From the NCBI RefSeq assembly GCF_000737315.1, contig NZ_JMCB01000006.1, positions 764,001-1,012,000 of the forward strand: 248,000 bases of DNA, given 5' to 3'. The position numbers and the translations under genes were made by a program. Each line of letters opens with the position of its first letter. Position 1 is the first letter of the stretch. The notes beneath the pieces were generated by a model that saw only the letters and a program-made list of their open reading frames with translations, had not been told where the DNA came from and did no database searches. This document shows positions 1 to 10,663 of this stretch, piece by piece. The stretch is from Hyalangium minutum. GTDB lineage: Bacteria; Myxococcota; Myxococcia; Myxococcales; Myxococcaceae.

Positions 1-94
1 CGAGCCCCACCGGCCTGGCGGAGATCAACGCCCTGGATGGTGTCTGCCTCGAGGCCCACATCATCGACCTGGCGGAGCGCTTGGCCGCCCGGCG

Positions 95-862
95 GTGAGC
101 ACTCCCGAGACGGACGAGACGCTCGACTCGATCGGCACGGCGGGCGTGAAGGTGCTGCAGCGCCGGGGCGGCTACCGCTTCACCTTGGACGCCGTGCTGC
201 TGGCCGCCTTCGCTGCCGCGGAGGATCCACGACAGGGGCCGGTGCTGGAGCTCGGCGCGGGCAGCGGAGTGGTGTCCTTCCTGCTCGCCCGGCAGTTCGG
301 CCGAGGACCCATCGACGCGCTGGAGCTACAGCCTGCAGTCCATGCGCGGCTGGTCCGGGCCGTGGCGCTCAACGGGCTCGAGGGCCGGGTGAGGCCGCTG
401 CTCGGAGATCTGCGCGAGGCCCGGACGCGGGTGCCGCCCGGAGCGCATGCGCTCGTCGTCTCGAATCCTCCCTTCCGGCCCGCGGATGCCGGGGTGCGCA
501 GCCCGGACGAGGAGCGCGCCCTGTCCAAGCAGGAGCTGGCGTGTGACGCGGCCTCGGTGGTGGCTGCGGCCCGGCATGCGCTGGAGCCCGGGGGGAGCGT
601 CAGCCTGGTGTACCCAGCAGCGCGGCTGGCGGAGGTCCTTGGCCTGCTCACGGCGGCGCGGCTGTTCCCGCGAGCCCTGCGTCTCGTCCACTCGCGGGTG
701 GATTCGCCCGCGACGCGCTTCCTGGTTCACGCGCTGAGGGACAGCGATCGAGGGCTGGAGGTGCGTCCGCCGCTCATCGTCCATGGAGAGGGCCCCGGTG
801 GTTATACACACGAGGTCGCCGCGCTCATGGATCCCCCGCGCTCCGAGCAGAACCCACGGTGA
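95..862 (+). CDS. tRNA adenine-N6 methyltransferase (TrmN6/YfiC-like)
   Basis: LELGAGSG SAM-binding motif and NPPF amino-methyltransferase motif. Confidence 0.8.
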   Translation: MSTPETDETLDSIGTAGVKVLQRRGGYRFTLDAVLLAAFAAAEDPRQGPVLELGAGSGVVSFLLARQFGRGPIDALELQPAVHARLVRAVALNGLEGRVRPLLGDLREARTRVPPGAHALVVSNPPFRPADAGVRSPDEERALSKQELACDAASVVAAARHALEPGGSVSLVYPAARLAEVLGLLTAARLFPRALRLVHSRVDSPATRFLVHALRDSDRGLEVRPPLIVHGEGPGGYTHEVAALMDPPRSEQNPR

Positions 863-969
863 CCGGGTGCAGGCGGGTCGAGCTTTCCCCATGGAATCCC
901 TAAGCTGTGGTGTCTGGTTTTGTGATTTTCGTATTGCTATAATTTTCCAGCGCCAAGTGAGGAGGGTGG

Positions 970-3756
970 ATGGAAGTCCGTCCCGAAGCTGAGCTCACGG
1001 GGTTCTCGGCGATGGACGCCCTGGAGGCCCTGGAGGATGGGTTCCTGGCGCTGGACGCGTCTCTGAAGGTGTGTGCCGCCAACCGGGCCGCCGAGCAGCT
1101 CCTGACGCTGTCCCGCTCGGGGCTGTGCGGGCAGGCGCTGAGCACGGTGCTGGGAGAGCCAGGGGCCTCGGCCGCGTTGCTGGAAGGCTGCCAGCGTGCG
1201 CTGTCCGAGCAGGTGCCCACGCGGCTCGTGGAACACCGGGCCTCGGCCGGCCAGTGGCTGGAGATCCGGCTGCGCCCCCAGCGCGGGCAGGTGTGGCTCT
1301 TCTTGCGAGACGTCACCTGGGAGCACCGCACGGAGGAGCGGCTGAGGGACTTCGAGCGGCAGCAGGCCGTGCTCCGGTACGTCATCGCCAACGTGCCCCA
1401 CGCCATCTTCTGGAAGGACCGGGAGGGGCGCTTTCTCGGAGCCAATCAGAACTTCGTCTCGGACTCGGGCGCGGGGACGGTGGAGAACCTGATCGGCAAG
1501 ACGGACTACGACATCTGGAAGCGCGAGGAGGCGGACTTCTTCGTCCAGGTGGATCGCCAGGTGATGCAGAGCGGCACGCCGATGCTCGACATCGAGGAGC
1601 CCGTCCGGCGCGCGGATGGCTCGGAGCGCACGCTGCTGACCAGCAAGGTGCCGTTGCGGGACGAAGCGGGCCAGGTGATGGGGATGCTGGGCATCTACGC
1701 GGACATCACCGAGCGCAAGCGCGGCGAGCGGGAGGTGCAGAAGGCGAAGGACGCGGCCGAGGCGGCGGTGCGCGCCAAGAGCGAGTTCCTCACGGTGATG
1801 AGCCACGAGCTGCGCACCCCGCTCACGTTGATCCTGGGTCCGCTGGGGGTGGTGCTCTCCGATGCTTCGGGTGAGCTGCCCGAGCATGTCCGGCGCGAGC
1901 TGGAGCGCATCCACCGCAACGCCGAGCGGCTCTTCCGGCTCGTGGACGACATCCTGGATCACCAGAAGGTGGAGGCGGGCCGGATGGAGGTGCACTGGGA
2001 GCCGGCGGAGATTGCCTCGCTCACGGAGCAACTGGTGGAAGATGCGCGCTCGGCGGGGGCCATCCGGGGCGTCGAGGTGCGCTTCGAGGCCGATGCCCAC
2101 CTGGGCGTCGTGCCGCTGGACCGGCGCAAGTTCGAGAAGATTGTCCTGAACCTGCTGGGCAACGCGCTCAAGTTCACGCCGTCAGGAGGCTCCATCGTCG
2201 CGGCGCTGCGGGCGCGGGACTCGTGGGTGGAGCTGTCGGTGACGGACACGGGGCCGGGCATCCCCGAGTCCAAGCAGGGGCTGCTCTTCCAGCGCTTCCA
2301 GCAGCTCGACGGCTCCACCACGCGCAAACACGAGGGGACCGGCATGGGGCTGGCCATCGTGAAGGAGTTCGCCGAGCTGATGGGGGGCGAGGTGGCCGTG
2401 GAGAGCAAGCCCGGCGAGGGCTCGCGGTTCATCGTCCGCCTGCCTCGGAGCGCGGATCGGCTCGTGGAGCCAGCGCTGAGCACCGGGCGCACTCCGGGCT
2501 CGAGGGCGGGGTACTTCACGCCCGCGCCACTGCCCATGGGCTCCCCGGTTCCGGCGCCGGAGCGGCAGCCTCAGGAGGCACCTCGCCTGCTCATCGCCGA
2601 TGACAACCCGGACATGCGTGCCTACCTGGCCAGCCTGCTCGGGCGCGAGTACGCGCTGGAGCTGGTGGAGAACGGCCGGCAGGCGCTGGAGGCCATGGAG
2701 CGGCAGCGGCCGGACGTCATCGTCTCGGACGTGATGATGCCGGAGATGGACGGCGCCGAGCTGGTCTCCCGGCTGAAGGCGAGCCCCACGTATCGGGACA
2801 TCCCCATCGTCCTGCTGACGGCCAAGGCCAGCCGCCAGGAGGCGATCGAGGGCCTGGAGATTGGCGCGGACGACTACCTGAGCAAGCCGTTCAGCGCGGC
2901 GGAGCTCCAGGCCCGGGTCCGCGCGGCGGTGCGGATGCACTCGCTCTACCAGGAGCTCCAGGCGCGGAAGCACGAGCTGGAGGAGGCACTGCGCAGGCTG
3001 CGCGCCACGCAGGAGCAACTGCTGCAGAAGGGCAAGATGGCCGCGGTGGGCTCGCTGGTGTCAGGGCTGTGCCACGAGCTGAACAACCCCATGGCTGCCA
3101 TCCGCATGAGCCTCGATCTGATGGTGCGGCGGAAGCTGGCCCCGGAGCGCCAGCGCGAGACGCTGGAGGTCATCGAGCGCCAGTCCCAGCGCTGTGTGAG
3201 CCTGGTGAAGGCCCTGCGGGAGTTCTCGAGCCGCCCTGCTGTCATCCGCGAACCCTGTGAGGTGGGCGCGGTGGTGGGCCGGGTCATCGAGCTCGTTGGG
3301 CCTCAGCTCTCGCGGCGGAGACTGTCGCTCGATGCGCGGCTCGCTGCCGCCGAGCTGCCTCGGCTTCACCTCCATGGCGCGGAGCTGGAGACGGCCCTGC
3401 GCCACGTGGTGACGAACGCCCTGGAAGCCAGCCCAGAGGGCGGCACGGTGACCCTCGAGGCCCGGCCGCTGGCGCGCGAGGGGACGCAGGGCGTGGAGGT
3501 GGCGGTGATCGATCACGGCCCGGGCATTTCTCCGGACACGCTGCCGCACGTCATCGAGCCGTTCTTCACCACGAAGCCGCCGGGAGAGGGCACCGGGCTC
3601 GGGCTGTCGTTGACCCACCGGTTCATTGATGCACACGGAGGCACCTTGAACATCGAGAGCGAGCGGGGCCGTGGAACGACGGTGCGGATGTGGCTGCCCG
3701 CCGCGCCGGTGCTCGAGACGGCCGCGTCAGCCGAAGGGGAGGCTCCACTGCAATGA
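970..3756 (+). CDS. PAS hybrid histidine kinase (HK-REC-HK)
   Basis: SHELRTP, NALKF, GLG boxes; REC DVMMP; second HisKA CHELNNP. Confidence 0.9.
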   Translation: MEVRPEAELTGFSAMDALEALEDGFLALDASLKVCAANRAAEQLLTLSRSGLCGQALSTVLGEPGASAALLEGCQRALSEQVPTRLVEHRASAGQWLEIRLRPQRGQVWLFLRDVTWEHRTEERLRDFERQQAVLRYVIANVPHAIFWKDREGRFLGANQNFVSDSGAGTVENLIGKTDYDIWKREEADFFVQVDRQVMQSGTPMLDIEEPVRRADGSERTLLTSKVPLRDEAGQVMGMLGIYADITERKRGEREVQKAKDAAEAAVRAKSEFLTVMSHELRTPLTLILGPLGVVLSDASGELPEHVRRELERIHRNAERLFRLVDDILDHQKVEAGRMEVHWEPAEIASLTEQLVEDARSAGAIRGVEVRFEADAHLGVVPLDRRKFEKIVLNLLGNALKFTPSGGSIVAALRARDSWVELSVTDTGPGIPESKQGLLFQRFQQLDGSTTRKHEGTGMGLAIVKEFAELMGGEVAVESKPGEGSRFIVRLPRSADRLVEPALSTGRTPGSRAGYFTPAPLPMGSPVPAPERQPQEAPRLLIADDNPDMRAYLASLLGREYALELVENGRQALEAMERQRPDVIVSDVMMPEMDGAELVSRLKASPTYRDIPIVLLTAKASRQEAIEGLEIGADDYLSKPFSAAELQARVRAAVRMHSLYQELQARKHELEEALRRLRATQEQLLQKGKMAAVGSLVSGLCHELNNPMAAIRMSLDLMVRRKLAPERQRETLEVIERQSQRCVSLVKALREFSSRPAVIREPCEVGAVVGRVIELVGPQLSRRRLSLDARLAAAELPRLHLHGAELETALRHVVTNALEASPEGGTVTLEARPLAREGTQGVEVAVIDHGPGISPDTLPHVIEPFFTTKPPGEGTGLGLSLTHRFIDAHGGTLNIESERGRGTTVRMWLPAAPVLETAASAEGEAPLQ

Positions 3757-4184
3757 ATGTCACGGATCTCTTTGAAGACGAGGCCCCGGTGATCAAGAAG
3801 CGGGGCGAGCACATCCTCGTCGTGGATGACGAGGCGGACGTACGCGAGGGTCTCGGGAAGCTGCTCGAGATGGAGGGCTATGACGTCACCACGGCCGAGA
3901 ATGGCCTGGTGGCGGTCGAGCGGGCGAAGCTGCAGCGCTTCGATCTGGTGCTCACGGACCTGAGGATGCCGGGGATGGACGGGGTCGAGACGTTGATGGA
4001 GCTCAAGCGGCTTCATCCCGGGATGCCCGTCATCGTCGTCACGGCCTACGCCTCGCATGAGACGGCGGCCCGCTGCGAGCGCGAGGGGGCCTACGGCTAT
4101 GTCATGAAGCCGTTCGACCTGGACGAGCTGCTGCAGGTCATCGAAGAGGCGGTCCCCACCGGCAGAGGGCCCCTTCAGAGCTGA
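3753..4184 (+). CDS. single-domain response regulator
   Basis: VVDD..DLRMP..KPF; ATGA overlap with the kinase. Confidence 0.9.
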   Translation: MNVTDLFEDEAPVIKKRGEHILVVDDEADVREGLGKLLEMEGYDVTTAENGLVAVERAKLQRFDLVLTDLRMPGMDGVETLMELKRLHPGMPVIVVTAYASHETAARCEREGAYGYVMKPFDLDELLQVIEEAVPTGRGPLQS

Positions 4185-4286
4185 GACGGAGCGCCCGAGG
4201 CCGCCTGCCTGGGCAGGGTGCGTCCGTCAGCGACGTGCCCGCAGGTTTCTCTCGGGCACAAGGCGTACCCGTAATATGCCCGCGCC

Positions 4287-5828
4287 ATGCGTTCCTCCGT
4301 CCTGCTGCTGCTGGCGCTCGCTGCCCTGTCAGGTGCGTGTGCTGCGACCGAACCCGCCCGTTCCTCCGCGAGGCCCCCTGCTTCCGAGCCCGCGGCTCCT
4401 CTCGCTGCTGTCCCCGCGAACCCTCCCATACCCCCCGAGGCTCCTGCCCCGGCTGCCGTGAGTCCCACTGCGGCTCCTGGAGATGCCAGCACCGCTCTCG
4501 TGGATCCGGCGACAGCGGGCGCGGACGCGCAGTTCGCTCGAGGCGTGGAGGCGCTGAAGGCCCAGGACACGAAGACGGCCATCACCGAGCTCGCCGCTTG
4601 TGTGGAGGCGATGCCCTCTCGGGTGGACTGCCGGTGGGAGCTGGGCTGGGCGTACTCGCTGGAGAACCGGTGGGCCGAGGCGCTCGCGCAGTTTACGGAG
4701 GTCCAGAAGCTCAAGCCGGATCAGCCGGATCTGGAGACGGCGCTCACGCAGGCCCGTGCGCAGGCGGAGCTGGCGGAGCGGCTCGCCAAGCCCCCGGAGC
4801 CTTCTCAGCGCCCGCCTCCTCCCGAGGGTGCGCGCGTGCGCATTCGCGCCGCGGGGGATGTGATGCTCGGCACCACGGTGCCCGAGGGCCACCTGCCTCC
4901 CGAGGGCCCCGATGGCGTCCTCGCCGCCGTGCGCCCGCTGCTGGAGGACGCGGACCTCACGTTCGTGAACCTCGAGGGCCCGCTGTGCGACATCGGCGAG
5001 ACGAAGAAGTGCCGCTCGCCCCGGAACTGCTACGCGTTCCGCTCGCCCACGGCCTACGGCCAGGCGCTCAAGGACGCGGGGGTGGATGTGGTCTCCACGG
5101 CAAACAACCACTCGGGCGACTTCGGCGAGCTGTGCCGGCGAGAGACGGAGTCCACGCTCGACACGCTCGGCATCGGCTGGAGCGGGCCGCCGGGCACGGT
5201 GGCCACGCTGGAGCGCAACGGGCTGCGCATTGGCCTGGTGGCGTTTCACACCTCGGCCTCGTGCAACCACCTCAACAACCTGCCCACGGCGAAGGCGCTG
5301 GTGAGCTCGGCGGCGGCCACGCATGACCTGGTCATCGTCTCCTTCCACGGAGGCGCCGAGGGCGCCAAGGCCGTGCGCGTGCCACCCGGCAAGGAGAAGT
5401 TCATGGGCGAGGACCGGGGCGACCTGCGTACCTTCACGCACGCCATGGTGGATGCGGGTGCGCACCTCGTCATGGGCCACGGCCCCCACGTGGCGCGAGC
5501 CATGGAGTTCTACAAGGGCCGGCTGATTGCCTACTCCCTGGGCAACTTCGCCACCTACGGGCGCTTCACGGTGACGGGTGTGCAGGGGCTGGGCATGGTG
5601 CTCGAGGTGGAGCTGGACCGCGAGGGCCGCTACCTCTCCGGCCGCATCCTCCCCACCCGCCAGCACGGCGAGGGCATCCCCGCCCCGGATCCGGACGGCG
5701 GCGTCACCTCGCTGGTGCGCAAGCTGACGGCCCAGGACTTCCCGCTGACGGGCGCGCGGATCTCCGAGGACGGTGTCATCTCTCCCCTGGAGAAGCCGTC
5801 CGCCTCCCTTCAGCGGGCAACGCCGTAG
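4287..5828 (+). CDS. CapA-family metallophosphatase lipoprotein with TPR
   Basis: GDVM, NLEG, ANNH, HGG, GHGPH, YSLGNF motifs; lipobox LSGAC. Confidence 0.85.
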   Translation: MRSSVLLLLALAALSGACAATEPARSSARPPASEPAAPLAAVPANPPIPPEAPAPAAVSPTAAPGDASTALVDPATAGADAQFARGVEALKAQDTKTAITELAACVEAMPSRVDCRWELGWAYSLENRWAEALAQFTEVQKLKPDQPDLETALTQARAQAELAERLAKPPEPSQRPPPPEGARVRIRAAGDVMLGTTVPEGHLPPEGPDGVLAAVRPLLEDADLTFVNLEGPLCDIGETKKCRSPRNCYAFRSPTAYGQALKDAGVDVVSTANNHSGDFGELCRRETESTLDTLGIGWSGPPGTVATLERNGLRIGLVAFHTSASCNHLNNLPTAKALVSSAAATHDLVIVSFHGGAEGAKAVRVPPGKEKFMGEDRGDLRTFTHAMVDAGAHLVMGHGPHVARAMEFYKGRLIAYSLGNFATYGRFTVTGVQGLGMVLEVELDREGRYLSGRILPTRQHGEGIPAPDPDGGVTSLVRKLTAQDFPLTGARISEDGVISPLEKPSASLQRATP

Positions 5829-5913
5829 GGCGGGTCCTCGCGGCACAGCTCAGAACGGAATGCTGAAGGTGAGCTGATCCACCGCGCAGCTTGGATTCAT
5901 TGGTGCCCCAAGA

Positions 5914-7218
5914 GTGGGAACGAGGCCCACCGAGCGCGCGTTCGAGGCTTGGGTTAGAAGGAAGACCGCCGTGCCCGCACTTCGCCTCCAGCGCTTCTCT
6001 TCGTTCCGGGCCTTCGAGCACCCCGGCTACTTTGCGGTGTGGATTGGAGCGCTGGTGTCGAACATCGGCACCTGGATGGAGACGCTGGCGCTGGGCGTCT
6101 ACGTCACCGAGGTGACGGGCAAGGCCGAGTGGACGGGCGGAGTGGCGGCGCTGTCGTACTTGCCGGGCCTGCTCCTGTCTCCGCTCGGTGGAGCGCTGGC
6201 GGATCGGTTCGACCGGCGCACGTATCTCGCGGTGGGCACGTTGGGGCAGATGCTCCTGGCCGCCGTGCTGACGGTGCTGGCCTTCACGCACCACCTGAGC
6301 GTGCCGCTGGTGGCGGTGGTGGCCTTCCTCAACGGCAGCATCAGCCTGCTGTCCGGTCCGGCCTTCAACGCGCTGCTGGCGGAGCTGGTGCCGGCGAAGG
6401 ACATGCACAGCGCGCTGAGCCTCAGCTCGGCGCAGTTCAACCTGGGGCGCGTGATTGGCCCGCTGCTCGCGACGGTGGTGCTGGCCGCGGGTGGCATTCA
6501 ATGGGCGCTGCTGATCAACGCGCTGTCCTTCCTTTCGGTGCTGGTGGCGCTGTGGAAGCTGGGGCCCACGCGAAGCCCGGGTCCGGTGGTGCTCAAGGGC
6601 CTGTGGAAGGTGCTCTGGGCGGACATTGTCCGCGGCGTGGACGTGGCGCGGAAGGACGCGGGTATCAGCCTGGTCATTACGAGCACGCTCGTCATCGCCA
6701 TCCTGGTGGCACCGTTCATCGGCTTGGTGCCGGTGTTTGCGATTCGGGTGTTCCACCAGGGGGCCTCTGCAACATCGCTGCTGGTGACGTCGCAGGGTGC
6801 GGGTGCGGTGACGGCGGCGGTGGCGGCGGGCGTGCTGGTGGATGCGTTCGGCCGCAAGCGGGTGCTGGAGGGGGTGATGCTCCTGTTGGGGCTGGTGACG
6901 GCGCTGTACTGGCTGGCGCCGACCCTGGTGTGGGCCGCCGTGGGCATCTTCTTCGTGGGCGCCTGCTACATGACGTGCCTCACGGGCATCCACACGGTGT
7001 GCCAGACGCGAGCGCCTGCGGAGCTCCGGGCGCGCATCAGCAGTCTCTACGGCATGGTGCTCAACGGTGGCTACGCGCTGGGCGTGTGGCTGCAGGGAGC
7101 GCTGGCGGACCGGGTGGGCGTGCGCTTCGTGACAGTGTCCTGTGCCGTGTTCTTCCTGGCGCTGGTGGTGACGCTGCGCCTGCTGCGCCCGCACAGCTTC
7201 GACGCCACCGAGGCGTGA
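5914..7218 (+). CDS. MFS transporter
   Basis: About 12 TM segments; GGALADRFDRR motif A. Confidence 0.9.
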   Translation: MGTRPTERAFEAWVRRKTAVPALRLQRFSSFRAFEHPGYFAVWIGALVSNIGTWMETLALGVYVTEVTGKAEWTGGVAALSYLPGLLLSPLGGALADRFDRRTYLAVGTLGQMLLAAVLTVLAFTHHLSVPLVAVVAFLNGSISLLSGPAFNALLAELVPAKDMHSALSLSSAQFNLGRVIGPLLATVVLAAGGIQWALLINALSFLSVLVALWKLGPTRSPGPVVLKGLWKVLWADIVRGVDVARKDAGISLVITSTLVIAILVAPFIGLVPVFAIRVFHQGASATSLLVTSQGAGAVTAAVAAGVLVDAFGRKRVLEGVMLLLGLVTALYWLAPTLVWAAVGIFFVGACYMTCLTGIHTVCQTRAPAELRARISSLYGMVLNGGYALGVWLQGALADRVGVRFVTVSCAVFFLALVVTLRLLRPHSFDATEA

Positions 7219-7227
7219 AAGCGGCGC

Positions 7228-7833
7228 TCACGCGGAAGAGTGCAGTGCCTCTTCCAGGCGCTGAGCTGCCTCCAGCCAGCCCTCTTCCTCGACGCGCATG
7301 GCCTCCGAATCCTTCTTGATGGAGAGCTGGATCTGGACCATGCGCGGATCCTCTAGCCCTGTTGAAGTGAGCTGGTACCAGAGCGCCCATGCTTCTGGAT
7401 GACGTGTGCCCCAGTGCTCGAGCCGCTCGGCGGCAACGGCATGGTCCAAGGCATCTGCCAACAGTTCGCTGCGCCGGTGTTCATCCATCTCAGGCCGGCT
7501 TGCCTTCCACAGGGCTTCCACCGCGCTGGTGAAGGTATTGGCGCCCGGCCCAGGAAAGTCATCCTCTGCTTCAGGCCACTTTTCCGAATCATCCGTCGGG
7601 CCGGTTTCCGGGATGGACTCGATGAACTGGCGCGGCCAGCGCACGCCGGGCTGATGACGTTCGAAAACAGGCAGGCGGCGCGAAACAAAATCCCGGACCA
7701 ACCGCAGCGCCCGATGAGGAGGCAGGTGGCGCAGCAACTTCCGAGCGGAGCTCCAGCAGCCGTTCACGTCGGCACGCGCGGCCGCCAGCCTTAGCGCTTG
7801 GACCTCATCCTCAGGGGATCGAAGCTCGCTCAT
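7228..7833 (-). CDS. putative immunity protein
   Basis: Lies directly downstream of a lipoprotein toxin-like gene; function inferred from position. Confidence 0.45.
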   Translation of the reverse strand: MSELRSPEDEVQALRLAAARADVNGCWSSARKLLRHLPPHRALRLVRDFVSRRLPVFERHQPGVRWPRQFIESIPETGPTDDSEKWPEAEDDFPGPGANTFTSAVEALWKASRPEMDEHRRSELLADALDHAVAAERLEHWGTRHPEAWALWYQLTSTGLEDPRMVQIQLSIKKDSEAMRVEEEGWLEAAQRLEEALHSSA

Positions 7834-7848
7834 GCCCGATGGGGAGCC

Positions 7849-8398
7849 CTACCAGACAATGCGGCACTTGGTCCATGTTGTAGTGCCTTCCGAGCAATGG
7901 ACAGGGACCTGCCCGTGTTTCCTCCGGGTGGTGAAGAAGGAGGTTCTTGGAGTCCAGCCTCAGCTTCATCGCGTTCAGGGCCTGCTGAGCGCTGTGGAAG
8001 GCATAGCCCGCAGGTAGATCCTGACAGACGGGATAGTCGGGCAGCTTCTCACCGCAGTTCCGCCGCTGGCCTGAAGGATCCTCCACTGGATCCACATCCA
8101 CCCACGGATCAACGGGCGGGAAGCGGTTCGGACCCGGCTGCTGCGAAGGCTGTTGCTGGCGCTCACGGATGGTCTTCTGCAGCCGCTGGGCGGCCTCATG
8201 GGAGATCAGGCCCGCTGCGATCGCATGCAGAAGAAGCTCCTCTGCCTCGGTGAGCTGACCCTGGGCAATGAGCGTGGAGATTCGAGTCGTGGCGCTGTCG
8301 CCCCCCTTGGTGCGGACGGTGGGCTCGGCGGGTGTGTGGGCGCACCCCGCTGGGATCAGCATCACCCCGCAGCACAGAAAGAACCTCCAGACGCACAT
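7849..8398 (-). pseudogene. lipoprotein polymorphic toxin-like gene with internal deletion/frameshift
   Basis: Lipobox IPAGC; after HYN the frame shifts and another frame gives WTKCRIVW-TAG ending at 7849. Confidence 0.55.
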
Positions 8399-8523
8399 GG
8401 CTGTCTCCTGTTCATCCCCTGTCTAGCGGATCCGCTGCTCCCGAGGCGATGATGGGGGCAGAGCCCTCCGTGTCCTACACAGCGATGGGCTTCGTGCCAC
8501 GTCCCGCGCCGAGGTGGAGAGAC

Positions 8524-10158
8524 ATGAGACTGTTCCTGGGGCCCGTCCTGTATGCCGAGACTCAGACGGATCCGGAGTCTTGGAGCTTCTCGGTGAACCT
8601 ACTGCTCTCGGGCACTGACACCGCGAAGGCCCCGCCGCTGCGGCTGGCCTTCCGCGATGCCCAGGGCCAGGAGCTCGGCACCGTGTCCGGCCCCACCCTG
8701 GCCGCGGACTTCTCCGCGCTGGAGGAGCCCTGGGCGTGTGTCTCCTGGAAGTGGACGGTCCGGCTGACGCGCCTCTCCGTGGAGCAGCGGGTCAGCTACC
8801 GCTTCGACCCTGCGAGCCCGTCGGTCGAGTGGCGCATGGATGACGTGAAGGACGTGCTCGTGCCCGCCCGGGGAGATCTGCCCCGGTGCGCGTTCTTCTC
8901 GTGCAACGGCGTGAGCCACCTCAAGGGCTGGGCGACGCTCGATCGCCCCTTCGCGCTCTGGGAGGAGATGCGCCGCCAGCAGGAGCACGACGCGGGCTTC
9001 CACGTCCTCCTCGGCGGAGGCGATCAGCTCTACACGGACAGCCTCTGGTACACGAACCCCACGCTGGCCCGTTTCCAGAAGCTCTCTCGGGCGCAGCGGC
9101 TGAACAGCCCCGCCCCCGAGGGCCTGGAGGCGGAGCTGCTCCGCGACTACGTGCGCGTCTACATCGAGCGCTGGAGCGAGCAGGGCATCGGCTCCATGCT
9201 GGCGCGCGTCCCGGGGCTCTACACCTGGGATGATCACGACATCATGGACGGGTGGGGCTCGCTGGAAGAACTGCAGGAGTCCCCGGTGCTGCGCGCGCTC
9301 TATGGCGCGGCGGCCCGTGTCTTCGAGGCCTTCCAGCTCGGAGGCCTGCGCGGCGACGTGAAGGCCCGGCGCGATCCCGGTGCCGCCCACTACTTCCAGG
9401 CCCACACCTTCTCGGGCGATGCGTGCGACCTGGACGTGGTGCTGCTCGATCTGCGCAGCGGCCGGACGAGCCGGACTCTCGCCAGCGGCAAGCTCGACCA
9501 CACCATCCTCTCGGAAGCTCAGTGGGCGGCGTTCGACGCCTGGCGCAAGGAGCACACCGCTCGCGCCACGCAGCGGAACAAGCCTCGGCACGTGTTGATC
9601 ATCTCCTCCATCCCCATCGTCTACATGCGCTTCCGTCCGGGCGTGGAGTCCGGCGCCGCGCTGGTCGACAAGCGGGATGACCTGCTGGACCAGTGGGAGT
9701 CGGTCATCCACCGCGGCGAGCGGACGCGGCTGATGATGAACCTCTTCGAGCTGGCGAAGGACTCGTGCTGCTCGGTGACGGTGCTGTCCGGGGATGCGCA
9801 CGTGGGCTCGCGGGCGCTGATCCGCTCGCGCAACGTGCGGCACCTGCACCCAGGGCACGCCGAGGTCTACCTGGAGCAGGTCACCTCCTCGGGCATCGTC
9901 CACCCGCCGCCCTCGGCGCTGGAGCTGATGGGGATGCGCGCCCTGGCCAACGATGTGCCGGAGGAGCTGCCTGGGCACCTGCGCACGGAGCTGCTGCCCG
10001 TGGGCGGAGACCTGTACCTGCGCGAGCGCAACTGGATCTCCCTGCGCGTCACCGAGGGGCAGTCGAGCCGCTCGCCCAAGCTCTGGCTCAAGTGGGAGGC
10101 CGAGCACACCCACGTCGACGTGCAGGTGGTGGTGGAGCCCCCCGCGCGCCGTGCCTAG
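8524..10158 (+). CDS. PhoD-like (alkaline phosphatase D) metallophosphatase
   Basis: GGDQLYTD, WDDHD, SGDAH motifs. Confidence 0.8.
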   Translation: MRLFLGPVLYAETQTDPESWSFSVNLLLSGTDTAKAPPLRLAFRDAQGQELGTVSGPTLAADFSALEEPWACVSWKWTVRLTRLSVEQRVSYRFDPASPSVEWRMDDVKDVLVPARGDLPRCAFFSCNGVSHLKGWATLDRPFALWEEMRRQQEHDAGFHVLLGGGDQLYTDSLWYTNPTLARFQKLSRAQRLNSPAPEGLEAELLRDYVRVYIERWSEQGIGSMLARVPGLYTWDDHDIMDGWGSLEELQESPVLRALYGAAARVFEAFQLGGLRGDVKARRDPGAAHYFQAHTFSGDACDLDVVLLDLRSGRTSRTLASGKLDHTILSEAQWAAFDAWRKEHTARATQRNKPRHVLIISSIPIVYMRFRPGVESGAALVDKRDDLLDQWESVIHRGERTRLMMNLFELAKDSCCSVTVLSGDAHVGSRALIRSRNVRHLHPGHAEVYLEQVTSSGIVHPPPSALELMGMRALANDVPEELPGHLRTELLPVGGDLYLRERNWISLRVTEGQSSRSPKLWLKWEAEHTHVDVQVVVEPPARRA

Positions 10159-10296
10159 CCAGGCCCGGCGGGTCACTCCTCGGGCCGGCGAGGGAGGGCG
10201 TTCCTGCTCCTGGGAAGCTTGGTGTGCGGCGAGAGCATCCCGAGCTTGAGCCTCGAGGCGCGCGGGCTCTCCGCGCGCGGAACGAGGAGCCCCAGC

Positions 10297-10575
10297 ATGA
10301 GCAGCCGGAAGTATGACCCTCTCAAGGGCGGCAAGGAGGCCTCCCACAAGCCCCCCTTCACGAAGGACCGGGTCGAGCGCGGCCTGGAGGCCGATGACAC
10401 CAAGCCGCTCTATGCCGACGAGTCCAAGCACGACACCCGCGAGCTGAAGTTCGCCTTCGACAGCGATGGCCCGGCCGGTGGCGATGTGCCGGACATCCGC
10501 AGCCCCATCGACGAGGCCGACGAGCTCGAGCGCGAGCAGCGTGGCCGTGAGAAGGCCGAAGAGGAGAACAGCTAG
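10297..10575 (+). CDS. small acidic hypothetical protein
   Basis: GAGGAG RBS and GC3-biased codons. Confidence 0.6.
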   Translation: MSSRKYDPLKGGKEASHKPPFTKDRVERGLEADDTKPLYADESKHDTRELKFAFDSDGPAGGDVPDIRSPIDEADELEREQRGREKAEEENS

Positions 10576-10663
10576 GCCGCCGGGCAAGCCGGCAGCCTGA
10601 AACACAAAGCGCCGGAGCCCCCGCGAGGACTCCGGCGCCTGGCACTGCGTCTGCGCGACGGGA

